From contig NW_018408902.1 in assembly GCF_002113885.1 (NCBI RefSeq), forward strand, positions 2,701,490 to 2,765,489: a stretch of 64,000 nt of DNA, given 5' to 3'. The translations under genes and the position numbers were made by a program. The notes beneath the pieces are model-generated. The model saw nothing but the letters and a program-made list of their open reading frames with translations. It did no database searches and was not told the origin of the DNA. Positions 13,441 to 28,418 of the stretch are shown here, one piece after another. Each line of letters starts with the position of its first letter. Position 1 is the stretch's first letter. Source of the DNA: Mizuhopecten yessoensis. Taxonomy: Eukaryota.

Positions 13441-14353
13441 ACACCGGGTAAAACAGCATTAAAGCGGATAAAGAAACTTATTCAGAACCAAATGGAATGT
13501 TCATATGTTATACTGATAAATCGACAGTTAGGTTTATAATGTCCCATTAAGAACAGATTAAGATAATTTTATCTCAAACTATGATAAACCTATATTTCAG
13601 CATAACGTACATTGAACAGAATAAAAGGATAAATAATAGACAGTAACTAAATAGCAAGCGTCGCGTATAATGAGGTAAAATGATAAGTGTGATAGCAGTA
13701 ATCATTCCTTGGTGAAATTGTTTATGCCACAGTCTTCGCTGCTTTGATGCGTCTAATGAACAAATGTTGTATACTGCGGATAAGAAGACAAAGTAAACAA
13801 AAATGCAGAAAAATGACAAAAGGAGGCAAGAAAAAAAGACAACGACATTCGAAATAATATCATAACAGAAGATCACATCAAAATCCAAAATAACATACAC
13901 GTCGAAAGAAATTTAATCTAAAGCGAAGCCAACACAGAATAAATATAAACTAATATTTCCATTTGCTCTGCATTGCGACTATATAACCTTACCAAACAAA
14001 ATAGAAAGATATCAGATCATAATTCTCAAATAATTCCCATTGTGTAGTGATATGAAGAACATGTTCGGGACGTCGTGACCAAATGACGTCGTTTTATGTA
14101 ACTCATAACAATTTATGTAGCTATGTTGTATAAAAGGTGAATATCCTCATGGTATATTGATTAAATTGTTGAAATCAAATTGACGATTTGTGTTTATTTC
14201 CACGAACTTTATTGTTTTGCCGGGAAACGTCGCGTGTACTCGTGACGTCACAAGAACAGGTTCCATTGACAGAAAATGCGATAACAGGTTGGAAATATAA
14301 GAAAAACTTAAATTAAAAACGGAAATATAAGTATCAAACTGCCTTCTTTTGAA

Positions 14354-14396
14354 AGTTATTGTCCTATAATTCTCACAGGATTATAGGACAATAACT
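14354..14396. repeat. Perfect 17-bp inverted repeat with 9-nt loop
   Basis: agttattgtcctataat-tctcacagg-attataggacaataact, just upstream of the minisatellite block. Confidence 0.85.
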
Positions 14397-14449
14397 GTCC
14401 AAAGGAGGCAGTTTAATGCTTAAAGAAGCTTTCACAGATCATAGAAGAA

Positions 14450-16495
14450 GAATTGAAGAGAAAACAGCACAGAAAAAATATTAACTGAAGGCAAACCAAC
14501 ACAGTAGAAATGTTAACTGAAGAAAAGTCAGCACAGAAGGGAAACAATAGTTCAGGACAGAAGGAATATATACCAAAGGGAAACAAAAGTTCAGGACAGA
14601 AGGAATATATACCTAAGGGAAACAATAGTTCAGGACAGAAGGAATATATACCAAAGGGAAACAATAGTTCAGGACAGAAGGAATATATACCAAAGGGAAA
14701 CAATAGATCAGGACAGAAGGAATATATACCAAAGGAAAACAATAGTTCATGACAGAAGCAATATATACCAAAGGGAAACAATAGATCAGGACAGAAGGAA
14801 TATACCAAAGGGAAACACTAGTTCAGCACAGAAGGAATATATACCTAAAGGGAAACAATAGAACAGGACAGAAGGAATAAATACCAAAGGGAAACACTAG
14901 TTCAGCACAGAAGGAATATATACCTAAAGGGAAACAATAGATCAGGCCAGAAGGAATATATACCTAAAGGGAAACAATAGATCCGGACATAAGGAATATA
15001 TACAAAAGGGAAACAATAGATCCGGACATAAGGAATATATAGCAAAGGGAAACAATAGATCAGGACATAAGGAATATATACCAAAGGGAAACTATAGATC
15101 AGGACATAAGGAATATATACCAAAGGGAAATAATATTTCAGGACAGAAGGAATATATACCAAAGGGAAACAATAGTTCGCACAGACGGAATATATACCAA
15201 AGGGAAACACTAGTTCAGCACAGAAGGAATATATACCATAGGGAAACAATAGTTCAGGAAAGAAGGAATATATACTAAAGGAAAACAATAATTCAGGACA
15301 GAAGAAAATTTGATATTAACTAAATAGACACAAACACTGAAGAATTATATATACCAAAATGAAACCAGGTCAGGAGAAATATTATTAAAAGAAAAACTAA
15401 GACAGAAGAAAAAAATATTTCAGAGAAATATTAACCATAGAGAAGCAAGCACAAAAGAAATATTTACTAAAGAGAAGCCAGCACAGAAGAAATATAAAAT
15501 AAAGAGAAGCCAGCACAGAAGAAATATTAACTAAAGCGAAACCAACACAGAAGAAATATTAACTAAAGAAATGTCAGCACAGAAGAAATATTTACTAAAG
15601 AGAAGCCAGCACAGAAGAAATATTTTACTAAAGAGAAGCCAGCACAGAAGAAATATTTACTAAAGAGAAGCCAGCACAGAAGAAATATAAAATAAAGAGA
15701 AGCCAGCACAGAAGAAATATTAACTAAATCGAAACCAACACAGTAGAACTATTAACTAAAGAAATGTCAGCACAGAAGAAATATTCACTAAAGAGAAGCT
15801 AGCACAGAAGAAATATTTACTAAAGAGAAGCCAGCACAGAAGAAATATTTACTAAAGAGAATCCAGCACAGAAGAAATATTAACTAAAGCGAAACCAACA
15901 CAGTAGAACTATTAACAAAAGAAATGTCAGCACAGAAGAAATATAAAATATAGAGAAGCCAGCACAGAAGAAATATAAAATAAAGAGAAGCCAGCACAGA
16001 AGAAATATTAACTAAAGCGAAACCAACACAGTAGAACTATTAACTGAAGAAATGTCAGCACAGAAGAAATATTTACTAAAGAGAAGCCAGCACAGTAGAA
16101 ATATTAACTAAAGAGAAGCCAGCACAGAAGAATTTTTTACTAAAGAGAAGCCAGCACAGAAGAAATATAAAATAAAGAGAAGCCAGCACAGAAGAAATAT
16201 TAACTAAAGCGAAACCAACACAGTAGAACTATTAACTAAAGAATTGTCGGCACAGAAGAAATATTAACTAAAGAGAAGCCAGCACAGTAGATATATAAAA
16301 TAAAGAGAAGCCAGCACAGAAGAAATATTAACTAAAGCGAAGCTAGCACGAAAGAAATGTTTACTAAAGAGAAGCCAGCACAGAAGAAATATTTACTAAA
16401 AAAAAGCCAGCACAGAAAAAATATTTACTAAAGTAAAGCCAACAGAGACAAAATATTACCAAAGAGAAATCTACGCATGAGAAATATTACCTGAA
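14450..16495. repeat. Compound minisatellite: 39-bp array (~14538-15300) nested in a 32/33-bp array
   Basis: 39-bp unit aagggaaacaatagttcaggacagaaggaatatatacca (~19 copies); 32/33-bp unit actaaagagaagccagcacagaagaaatattt (~30 copies) on both sides. Confidence 0.95.
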
Positions 16496-18149
16496 GAGCA
16501 TATCCTGAAAAATCTGCACTGTAAGAAATAGTGTCCAATGGCCATCATGTTAGCTTGTCACATGTTTACGTGTTTGAACAAATTATAAAAAAAATCTAGT
16601 TACGTTTGTGAATGCTATAGCGCATCTATTACATGTTCCTTATGCATATTTGACCAGGAAGTTTTGTAATTATCTGCTGATTCTCACAGTAAACTAATCC
16701 GGTTACGGGTAGGTGGTAATATTTTAGCTGGTGAAGAGTAAGAATGTCTGTTTATGATTAGCATATACTATGTGGTTTTTTTTCTAGAATTTCAATTTGT
16801 ATAGGTTATAATAAGTAATAGCATTGTTATACTTTATAAGTGTATATACCATACGCCATTTAGATCGATCCTGTTTCAACTACAATAAAACTTGTATGGC
16901 CCTGTGAGATGTATCATACTGATAAGATTAAAAAGGACGTTTTAATATACAGGTCTTATTTTGAAGTTTACATTAAATGTTGACGTTAACGGTGTGACAG
17001 AATACTGAGAGGTTGAATAAGATTGAATAAAAATTACTATATTTGAATTGAATTACAAGATAAATGTATTGGAAATGGAAGCTCTAGTTTTTCTATTATC
17101 CTTAAGTTTAGTTCGTTTCATGTTTCTAAACCAAAACTTGTATATCTTAGCAAAATCATTTAAACAATCTGCACCTAAATTATACTTATCTTAAGAGGTC
17201 ATTTGAACATAAACTGCATCCATAAATTAAGGCGATATTTCAGGAGATAAAGCATTGCTATCCAAACAAATGCATCAAATATTGCAAGCATCATCATTAT
17301 ATTTATCAATTTTACCACGTTCTTGGAAGTTTGAGCACATGTTTTCTTTTTTCAAACCTTTCGAACAACATTAACGGATTCATATAATGAAATAATATTT
17401 AGCGACTCATTTAGACCTTTAACTTTGTTTTGCACATTGGTAACATAATCGTTTAAGACTGTGTTATGAACCAAACGAAATCATCCAGAGAGATAAGATT
17501 GTCTGTTGTTTTGAAATTAAATATAAGGATTGAAATGGATTTCGTTCACATTAACGATCGTTTACAGCACACATCCATTCAAAATTATTACCCAGGTGAA
17601 CTACAGCAAAACATCACCTGTGCCTAAGGTAATAGCCGATATTTTTTCAAATCTGATAGATCTCCATTTGCAGGTGATGTATACAAAAACATGGAACTTT
17701 ATGTAGAAAATATCATCTGATGTAAACAAAGCAAAAGACAATAAAACGTCATTTTTGTAGTAAGGAAGTTCAAATATTGTAACCAGTAATATGTAAAATA
17801 GCATTATAGCATTTGATTGCTATGAAACATGAGACATGCCGTCGACTGTAATTTAGAGTTGAATGCCTGGAGGTTTCTTCCATACCTTCTATAGATGTAT
17901 CACAATTTTCCGTTTGTTTACTATTATAATCATTTTAATATATAAATCATTCGTCGAGGTTTAATTAAAAAGGAAACTTCATCATTTGATAACACACGGA
18001 AATTTAAATTGATGTCGTGTCTTCCTGTACAAGCTAATGACGGATATTATATCTGTCAGTGTTTGTACGTATAATAAATCATTTTTTCGCTGTTATTTAT
18101 CTGTCTTTATATATAATAATTTATTTATCATCAAATGATTCGAATAAAG

Positions 18150-19678
18150 ACGACGCCTCCTTCTGATTATCTCGGATGGTCAAATTTTGGCTGCCTCTGC
18201 TGCCTGTGGCCTATTGGAATCTGTGCTATTGTGGCCTCCATGAATGTAAGTACACTTAGGCTAGAATTGAATTATATCTATAAAAAAAACTTGCCCATTT
18301 CACTATGTCATACAGCCATGTAAAAAATTATAATAAACTACAAAAATATACAACGTCAGCTGAAACGTTAAAACACACCTGACAGCTTACTACAAACATT
18401 GTGGTGTTAAAATACCGTTCATTTCGATCGCTGTGGCTCTGCAGAACATACAGGGACATGTGTTGGGTGATGTAGCTCGGGGGGGGGGGGGGGACAAAAT
18501 CTGGAACTACTTTGCATTCCGCGGAACGATAATATAATGATCGGAGTACTTTCGTTTATAAAGTGTCTGCTGATAACACTTAATTCAGTTTGAACCTGTT
18601 TGATTTCAAATTATGACTGTTATGTAATAAAGAGAATCTTACATGAGTGTCCATGTCATATTGAGTTTATTAAACAACTCCAATAATTTGATATGACACG
18701 AGACTATAATTTGGTAAACATATGACTCCCGACAGTGTTATGTTCTGGTAATATTTTGAACTTACGAGATTATAAGTAATTACATATCATGCTGTATCTA
18801 TTACCAAATTTTAAAGGTACATTCGCATGTGTATGTCTTAAGTTTATTCTCCAAGATACCAGGTGGTAGAGTCTACTGTTTAGTCCCCGAGATTTACTAC
18901 CGTAACCTTGATGGCCACCGTTATATATTTGTCGGTCCCTAGCATCACCTATCAGTCATAGAAGGACGAAACCTCTTTATTGTGCAGTGCTATTCATTTT
19001 GACATAATGTTTCTATTACCAAATTTTCTAAGGATCATCGATAAGAAATATATGATGTGACTGGTAAAAGGTTGATAATATATCCTTGTAATAATTTGTA
19101 TTTTTCTTTCAAAATACATTGAAGACTGCTCATATTATATTGTGTTTATATATGCCATTATTATTTACAAAATATATTCCTCGGGTGCTCTCAATTAATT
19201 ACCCTTGGTAACATTCTTTACATCTAAGTTCATCAAATATTCACCGTTGACATAACGACGTCATAGAGCTTGCTTTTATTGCGACGTCAAAACGTCATTG
19301 CCATGGTAGGTTGATTTTTACGTTTTCAAGTTACTCTGTTAATAACTTTTTTGTACATTTAATTTATAATATATATTTGTTACGCCGTTTGATCCAAATG
19401 GTAATAATAATCTATGATCTCTAAAAGTTGAAAATAGTAATAGGTCTGCTTCAAACATGTCGACATAATCGTACAGAATCAAATAACGAAAGCACACAAT
19501 TTGTACTCTGATTATGTTACACGTTCTTTTCTCTCCCGTTCTGTGCCCGCTCTGCAGTAGACCGAGGTGGCATGGAGGGAGCTATGACGAACTCTAACGT
19601 TGCACTGGAAATAAACATTACCAACACTGTTACTGGAATTATTTTGTCGTGGTTATTTTCGCAGTGATACTGTCCTAG
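18150..19678 (+). pseudogene. CD225/dispanin gene copy A2, probably disabled
   Basis: Intact exon 18150-18245 TTPPSDYLGWSNFGCLCCLWPIGICAIVASMN with GTAAGT donor. The last exon (19545-19678) has its acceptor AG changed to GT (19543-19544) and a 1-bp deletion giving a stop at 19665-19667. Possible upstream exon 17596-17628 (VNYSKTSPVPK). Confidence 0.7.
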
Positions 19679-22600
19679 AAAACGTGTCTGGGCCCTGTCA
19701 GTTTCAGACTTAATTAACGTCTATCTCGACACTGTACCTATCGCTTTTCTAATAAACAAATATTTTCAGACATTTTTTTAATAAACGTCAACATCCGTTT
19801 TCATGAGTCATCATTCGAAAGTAATGCCGTTCCTGTGGAAATATTATAATCTGCTTCAAAAATGTAGACAGAAGTCCATATGATTGATATTGATACAGAA
19901 CAGTCCACTTCAAAAAACTGTAGCAGTATTTACTGCGTAAAATAGATATGCACGTAACCAAATGTATATTTTACCATTTAATTAAACTGCATACACTGTA
20001 AGATAAAAAAAAATCACATTTTGCTGTATACAGTTTTCGCATTCTAACATCATTTTAACCTAAATGGTATATAGTATATATAAGCAAAATATTTTCCAAA
20101 ACATTAGCGGTATTCCATATGAAACACGGTGAAGTTGTTGTTTTTGCCAAGTTCTAAATTTTGCTGTAATAATTTTCTTTTCGCGAAAATACACCCCGAA
20201 AAATAATTAATAAAAAAATTATCGTAGCTCTTAATGCCAAAGCCACTTTACCTGAATTCCGCTACAACATATCCTACAGTACAATATATCAATTTTTACA
20301 CAACAAATAAAGTAACTGAGGAAATCGCGTTTTACAACCAACAAGTCATCAATTACAATAAATCATGCCGTTTTTGTTCTTTTTTAAACGTTTTTATTTA
20401 CATTTTAACATCATTAGACGAACATTGAAAGGTATTTTAAAATCTTTTTAACGTGCATATTTTCAATTGATACAACAACTGGAATGCATTTTTTGTTATT
20501 TCATTCCTAAATATATGTATATGTATTTCGGCTCCAAGTAACTGTATTTATTGGTTGACTTCTTTCCTTTAAATATAGCCGTACATTTTCTCAATTTCGC
20601 AACATTGTTTTGTAAATATGGAATTCTGCTAATAAAAAATGGACCTGGAGGATAAATTTCGTTTTTGTTGTATAATTAAACTTGTGTTTATTTATCTTTT
20701 ATTAAAGGATTATAAAGTGGTACAATTATAAGAAGTATTCGTTATTTATATAATGCAATAAATCACAGACATACCAGCAGCTATAAGTATATGGATAGTA
20801 AGAAAAAACGACCGATTACACGATAACATTCCTGTAATAAATGTATATTAAATATTTGCTTAGTCAAGTTGAATATGTCAAAAAATACGTTAACAGTTTC
20901 ACATTTAAATAAAGCAAACAATTTGGTAGTCTCCCCTTCGGTACAAAACCTGGCAAAAATGTGCATGAATTTGCTGTCCAATGTATATATACAAGTTGGC
21001 TATATATCGTTACCAATCTGGATAATCAAGGCTAATATTGCACGAGGTGACAGGTTTCGTTGTACAGGTCTTAAACAGTTGTATATATCTGGGACTTTTC
21101 AGGCTTATATTGCGTTATAGGATTAGTTGTAAATGTATTTACAGTCTGGAGACGTCATGCCTGCGCTAGTCAGATGCACGTATTCGCTGTGTATGCCTCT
21201 AGCAGTCTGGCCAAAGTTGCTCAAATGTTGGTCAGAGTTATCCAGCGGTGAAGGAAAATTCAAAATAATCAAAGAAATTCAAATTCTTAATGTCATCAAT
21301 TCGAATTTTTCACTGGCCACCGGTCAAATTTTACCAACCTTTAAGCAACAGGAAACGGGACGTTTTTTCCGACGCTACAACTAGATGCACGTATTCGCTG
21401 AGTATAACTCTAGCAATCTAGACGCTTGAGGTTTACACTTCTTCTTCGAAAAATACTGATACTTTAGGATAAATCTACATTTAACTACATATATAAGTTT
21501 TATAATTTTGAGAGGCCTGAATTCACGAGGATAACACCACATTAAGCTGCAGGTATCAGTATTTTCTTAAAATAGTATTCACACTTTAGGATAACATTAT
21601 ATTAAGTTACAGGTATTAGCTGTTCATTCTTTGAGAAGTGTGGATGCTTGAGGATATCACTACACTGTGCTACAGGTATTATATGTATATTCTTCGAGAA
21701 GACTAGATACCTCAGGAAAACACTACACTTCGCTACAGGTATCGTTGGATTTTCTTCGAGAGGTTTTGGTATTTGAGTAAAGAGTGCTACCAATCAGTAT
21801 GATTATAAACCAAGCATGAAGTAGATTATATTGAGGACTTTTGCCGTTTTAGACGAACTTTTCGCTGATGGAATATCCCCACGGGCTATGGCCGATTGGA
21901 CCTGAAAATGATTAACAATAAAGTGGCGTTATTTGACGATAAAACTGAACGGAGTCACTTAAATTTGTACGGAAAGTTGTTTCAGTAAACGTTCACTTAT
22001 ATTTCATGCAACCAAACAGAACATGTTAACAGTACCAACAGATTTGTGCTCATGGAGTTTCAGTCAGTATATATTTACTTAAGTAACATAAAACTGAATG
22101 GAAAATGTTTACTTACAACATAAAACTGAATAGAAAATGTTTCCTACAACATAAAACTAAATAGAAAATGTTCATTTATATAATACAACTAAACAGAAAA
22201 TGTCCACTTACAACATAGGACCAAATTGAAAATGTTCAGTTACAACGTACCACTGAATAGAAAATGTTCACTTACAACGTACAACTGAATAGGAAAAATC
22301 CACTTACATCACATACATCTATTTAGAAAATGTCCACTTACATAATATACAATGAACCAGAGGGTACTAATAGATACGAGTTTTTACTTACGTTAGTTGA
22401 TGCTATTATCGCACCAATACCAAGAGGTATACACAGACAGCATAGGCATCCAAGCCATACAGAAATGACCATATAAGATTTTGGTGGGGGTTGTGTCTAC
22501 AAATAGTGAAAATAAATTATTAGTCACAATAACTATCTTTCGAGAACGCTGAATTTGGAGAGGCGTAAAGGAAAAGGTATATGGCGGATATGTAATTGTC

Positions 22601-22689
22601 GTCCGTTGATTACGATTTATCTATCAATGCGTGGCGGAAGATGTACGGCAATTCACTGGAAATAGTTAAATAACACATTTATAAGGTTT

Positions 22690-23800
22690 TCGCGATGGAA
22701 ACTACATCTCCGTATCATTATGTTGAAAAAAAGTGGGTAACCATTTTCTGGTTCGCCATTACTCTCTCTGTAATAGCATATATAATTAATATTCCAGCTT
22801 CTGAAAAATAGTACTGTATTTGAAATTATAAAATTTAATTGAATCAAGTCCGCACAGAAAAGCATACCCTTTTCTTGGAAAAGCTGATCTTATTACAAGT
22901 AAGAAGGCATTCGTTCAGTTTGGTCAACGGTATTTTTAGTGTAAAGAGTGAAAAAGTCAAACGCCCTAATAGGAGAAACAATTTTTAGGAAGGTTATTCA
23001 AGATTGATGAGGTGATCTTTTAGATTTTAGATCTTAATACTCGATGATCTATTAATTCCACTTCCTGAGAATACAATATCACTGGACCACTTAACCCTGG
23101 TTTCACGGTGCTAGAAATGGTAGCACGAAGTTGGAATAATGGCATGGGTGAGGTACTAATTGCCATATACTTCATTGTGAATTGTTATTATGAATGCTGG
23201 CATGTAGGTACAGTAGACAGAATGGTTATATAGATTAGTAACACACAAAATGTACTAGGTGGATTTACCTGATTGTTTTATGTAAGGTTTGTATTTCTAT
23301 ATAATTTACACCAAATGTAAATAAGCTTTCTGGTTTTATATCACCGAGTGAAGTTGACGTCTGTTTTCAAATAAAACCGTTGAAAGGAAAAACGATAATG
23401 CATTTATACGTTAATATATGCTTAAATAGAAAGTGAAAATCGTCAAAAAACTACCATTATGATAATTGCTCACTTTACACAGAGTATTCCACAAGTCACA
23501 TCTTGCGAAACATTTTACACAAGTACAGATGTTCAAAATTAATCATTTGAAAACAAAAACAAAAGTAAATAGATTAATAGAAAGTATATGGGTCTACGTC
23601 TGGATGTATCCACTGCCAAAACTACATTTAGTTGCTATAAATGGTATTACGAAGAATGGGTGAGGAACACCTTGAAAAGGAATGAAACTTTCATATCTTC
23701 TAGATCAAAGGGGGAATATTCCAAGTCGAAAAACGGTCTGCAACGGTATCTTTGTACTCATAACTTTTGCAGTGGCACTCTTTACCTGAACACGAGGTAG
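22690..23800 (-). mobile_element. Decayed Penelope-like RT fragment (longer paralog of the 3.9-4.4 kb relic)
   Basis: Peptide remnants LLYLHASIHNN..KYMAISTSPMPLFQLRATISSTVKPGL resemble LYWIPKLHK..RYIAGSAKCSTKPLSKLLTSILSAVKTGL. Confidence 0.55.
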
Positions 23801-26800
23801 CTTCAGGACGACTGAGAATAAGGATAACTCTCCGCACGCACATAGATCCTTAAATATAGATGTTATAACAAAAGCTTATTCATTGTCTAGTGGAAAAATC
23901 TTTAGAATAATGCTTTATTATTTAGCATTAAAATAGGTTGTAGATGACTTACCAGAATTCTGGTCACGACGCCTGGTTGCGAAACAACGACGGCCGTTGC
24001 TGGGTAACCATATTGAATCCCTGTTTGACATTGAATGATTAAATTGTACATATATAAATTATCATATGTGGTATATATATATATATTACATCTCAAGATA
24101 GTCTAATTTTTATTAGAGATATCTTTGATTCATTCAAATATTTTAATTACATTTAAAGAATCTATATTTGAAATTGAGATATCTCTCTTTCATGTTAACT
24201 TTAAGATCCCTCTGTGGGTTTAAATGTTTACTATAGAGTTCTTATATAATATTGATAGTTCATAGTACAGTACTACATTATATAATATACGCGTTTGTTA
24301 CATTTACTTACCAGCCAGTTGGGGAGCAGGTTGACCAGGGTATGAGGGTTGCACGTACCCTGAAATCAATTGACAAAAATGTAAGAAATGTTCATAGCGT
24401 GACAGTAAAATAGGGGTATGATGTGTTTGTAGGTAACTACGATGAATGTGTAAGAATGGTATGTATAGGGTGTCTGTGATGTGTATGTGTATGGACGCTG
24501 TGTATAGAGTGACTATGTATCGTAGTTGTGTAAGGGGGGTAGGGTTGAAGCGTATAGACGGGTTTGTATGCTGAAGAAGTGGTTGGTGATGGAATGAGGG
24601 TGTGTGTCTGTAGATGATTTACATTGGGATACTATTTGTTATATATAAGTGATGTATACACAGGGTCAAATAATAGGGGGTATGATACGTATATAGTCGG
24701 ATGTGTATGCTGAGGAAGAGGTTGGTGATAGGGTAAGAGGCTGTGTGTGTAGATGATTTACATACGGACACTATGATGTTTAAAGATAACTTTTAAAGGG
24801 GTCAACAATATGTATGAAAGATATTTGATAGGCAGAGTCAAGTGTATCGACAATGTGCATATGTAGCTGTATTATACATGACCAATTGATAGTGGGTCTA
24901 GGTTAGGCTGTCAGGGAGGTGAGGATTGTATATACCCTGAAACCAATCACATAATAAACGTTTGCGACATAAAATGGCTGCTACAAGTGTATACAGTGAA
25001 ATATCTCAGATTGACATATATATGCAAACAGAGTTTTAATTACTCAAATTAAAAACAAAACCAGATACCTACCGGAGTTTGGCGGCACCCCTGGATAGGG
25101 CTGTAAGCTATACGGGGGCGGGGGTTCTCCTGAAATTGACGTATCATAACATAAGGTATCATAGAAAAATATGAAAACACATTATGTGAAACATATGCAT
25201 TAATTTGAACAAAACATTACACTGCTTCATTCTTAAACCTCTTTTATGTTAAAACCATGTTCGTTTCTTACCTAAATGCTGAATAATTCCTAATTTTGAG
25301 GACAACGACTAACCTGTTTGGGGTGGTGGTGGTTGATCCATGGCCTCGTTGGCTTCTGAGGGATATCCAAGACCAGCAATTAGAGAATTGTAGAACAATA
25401 TCGATAATGTACCTTTCAACTTAAGGTCGAACAGATTCCGAAAACATGTTTTATCCTTTCAAAGAAACAAAAAGGGTTGAAGACAGTTAACCATAACCAT
25501 AGTTAACCAATCGTAATGATGTGCTGGAAAGGGTTTTAATAGGCAATGCCTGTGCCTAATCCAATTGTGTTTTAAATACAATAAAGTTGATTTGAAATGA
25601 AATTTGCTAATCTCACACTGGATATATAGAAAAACACAAAACCATACCCCCTTGTCAATACAGAGGACAATATACAAAACTACATCGAAAACAAAATGGA
25701 AAATGGAAGACATCATGACACCGGAAGTGGAACCATATACTACGGGAGAGTCTTTCTTGTACCAAATTTGTCATCTATCATGATGTATCAAAGCTATAAA
25801 AGCATGTTAGTCACCAAAGACCAAACATATGTAGAATTATTCTGGAATCGTGGTTAACAGTTACACCAGCACACAGGAGGAAATATGGTCATGATAACGC
25901 ATGTTAAATGTCTACACTGTTAATTGAAGCTATTCATGTAGAACATCCTGGCTTCGTGTTTTTGTGAATAGAGCGTTTCTTTCATATCCAACAAGAAATT
26001 TCAGGCTTTTGAATTTCATATCGACTTGTATGTGCTAGTTCAACAATAAGGGAGGCCAGATGTTATTACTAGGGAAACGAAAGTTAATTATTGGATAAAT
26101 AAAGTCGTCGCTTTTGTCTTTGAGATTGGCAGTTCGAAGACAATTGTTGTATTATATTTACATTCTTGATGTTTGTTCTCTATATGAATCTAACAACTGA
26201 AAAACTGCCATTTGACTATAAATACACTATGAATAAAATGATTCTCGTGGATTCAGTCAGCTGATTTCACACACAATGACCACTTCATATTATTACGCAT
26301 AGTACCGTTTCTGAGAATTGTTATCTCCCCTTCTCCGAGATAAGGTAGTTACGAGAAATAATAATAAACATTACAAAAATCATGAATGGTGCACCATTGT
26401 ACTAATATTATTACTATTTCTAATTTAAAACTAAAAAAAATACTTATAACATTGTCATATTAAATACTGACTTCCGACTCGCAATCGCTTCCTCGTGGTC
26501 ACGAACTTTCTAACATCCAAACGTCCGGCTGGGTAATCCCCGTGACATCAACTTGCACATTAAACTCAGAGAACTTTGTAATGACACAGGGCACTTCATT
26601 CACCAACTTATCATCATTTACATCTGCAGGTTTTTTGGTAAACAGTACATTCAACGGCTGTATATTTTACTTCAAATGAGCTCGTTGCCTACTGCCGACG
26701 GGTGCTCGGCCGACGAGTGCCCTGGATGGTTACTATAGTGACCGATGATTTGAAATAGTGCGGACATAAACGTTTTAAAATATATGATATGCGGTGTTTT

Positions 26801-28326
26801 ATTCGAAAAACAAAATCTAATATGATCATTTTTCAAAAATGAAAGGAATATCACGTGTTGGTTATTATTAGATTCTGGATATATATATTCGTTTCAACAA
26901 AATCAGCTGATCTGCGGAGGTCGAACATTTGAAGTTTGTGTGTAGGCTGGAGTTCTGGCTGTTCCTTTTTTTATGATTTTCTGACCGATACTAATACTAG
27001 AAATATTAAATCTACAAAAAATGTCGTAACTTTTTTACTGTAGTTCATCTTCTGAGAATCGCGTTTTGAAAAAAAATCCATTCAATCCCTATTTGTAGGA
27101 AAATCCCAAGATATGAAGTAAAAGAAGATCGTTTAAAAATATGTTAGATTTCAAATTATTGAGGATATGTTAAATTCAAGCACTTCTGTTAAGGTGTTCA
27201 TTAACAAGATTCATCAGTATATAAATGAGAAATCAAGGGGTCGGGCGGACTTGTATGTTATTTGCTTGCTTTTACAAACTTCTAAAGCATCAAGTTACAT
27301 AAAAAGACAAAACAGATCAGCTGGAAATGGTTACATGAATCCTTATAGAAATAACGTCTCTCTGTTGACATATATCTCAAATAAATTCAACAACGCGCTA
27401 TCAACCAAATAATAAGACAAGCAAACTAGCATAGTCAGTGAACGTTGTTTTCTTAGAAGTGTGATAGTAAGCAAAAGATGTCTCACTTTCAATGACAACA
27501 AAATATTCATTAAGTAAATTATGCTAATAAAAAACAGCAACATAATCTGTTAGACACACTATTTTTGTGACTCAGCATCGCGATCAAGTGTTATTTCTGT
27601 AATTTCGACTGCCGGACAAATCATTCTTATGTTTACTACTTCTGTAAAAGATATGAAACATGATCAATTTTAATGCTAGTGTATTATCTTAAGCAAGGTT
27701 TTATAATCGGTGATTATCTTTCATCTGGTGAGTGAAAATGTCAGAGAATTGTTACAAGGTGACAGACGAACGCCTAGAGAGAGATATTCTATCATCGAGC
27801 GTAAAATTTCAGGTTAGAATCGATGCTTGGATAGGGTAAGGCTTCTACACCCCCATATCTACAAACAGACTGACTGTCCGTCATCTTACGTGGCAGTGAT
27901 ATTTTTCTCCTACCTCTTACGCAGGGTTGACAAATTTCTTCCGCCTCTTAACCGGGTAATATTATAACACTGAAACTGCGAATGCCACTACTCAAACAAG
28001 AAAAACCCTATGACCTTTAATAAGTCAAACCGCTTAAAACCAAGCGTATTAATAACTGTTTAGGCTGAAGATAACATCAATTGATGGATGCGTTTTGACA
28101 AGGTATATGCTTCCAATGATAAAAAAGACAATTTTAAGACGTCGTGTATTCAGTTGATAAGACGTAACATTTCAAAATGTCAAAAAACAAAAAAACAAAA
28201 AATATTGCCTCAAAACGATTTGAAAAGTAAGAGAAAACTTTAGCTCCTGAACTACAGATCACTGGATGAAGTCCTGTAAGACATATTCTTTGACGAATGG
28301 TGCACGTAGGGTACGCGTGTGATGCG

Positions 28327-28418
28327 CAGGGGCACGTTACAAATGTATGTTTATGTGTGTTGTGACCCATATCAGCAGAGCATATGTGTGTATTTCGGGC
28401 ATTTGTAACGTGCCCCTG
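28327..28418. mobile_element. 92-bp MITE with perfect 19-bp TIRs
   Basis: caggggcacgttacaaatg...catttgtaacgtgcccctg, flanked by cgtgtgatgcg / tgtgtgatgcg; empty site at ~10945 in the paralog. Confidence 0.9.

Noticed and set aside
14413-15288. Repetitive ORFs (GIYSFCPELLFPF / KGNNSSGQKEYIP)
   Set aside because: By-products of a 39-bp minisatellite; units with 1-bp indels break the frame.
14450-16495. CRISPR-like appearance of 32-39-bp repeats
   Set aside because: No unique spacers, no cas genes, eukaryotic context.
20234-21384. Short ORFs between the convergent CD225 genes
   Set aside because: Frames are disrupted in the paralogous segment and no motif is recognisable.
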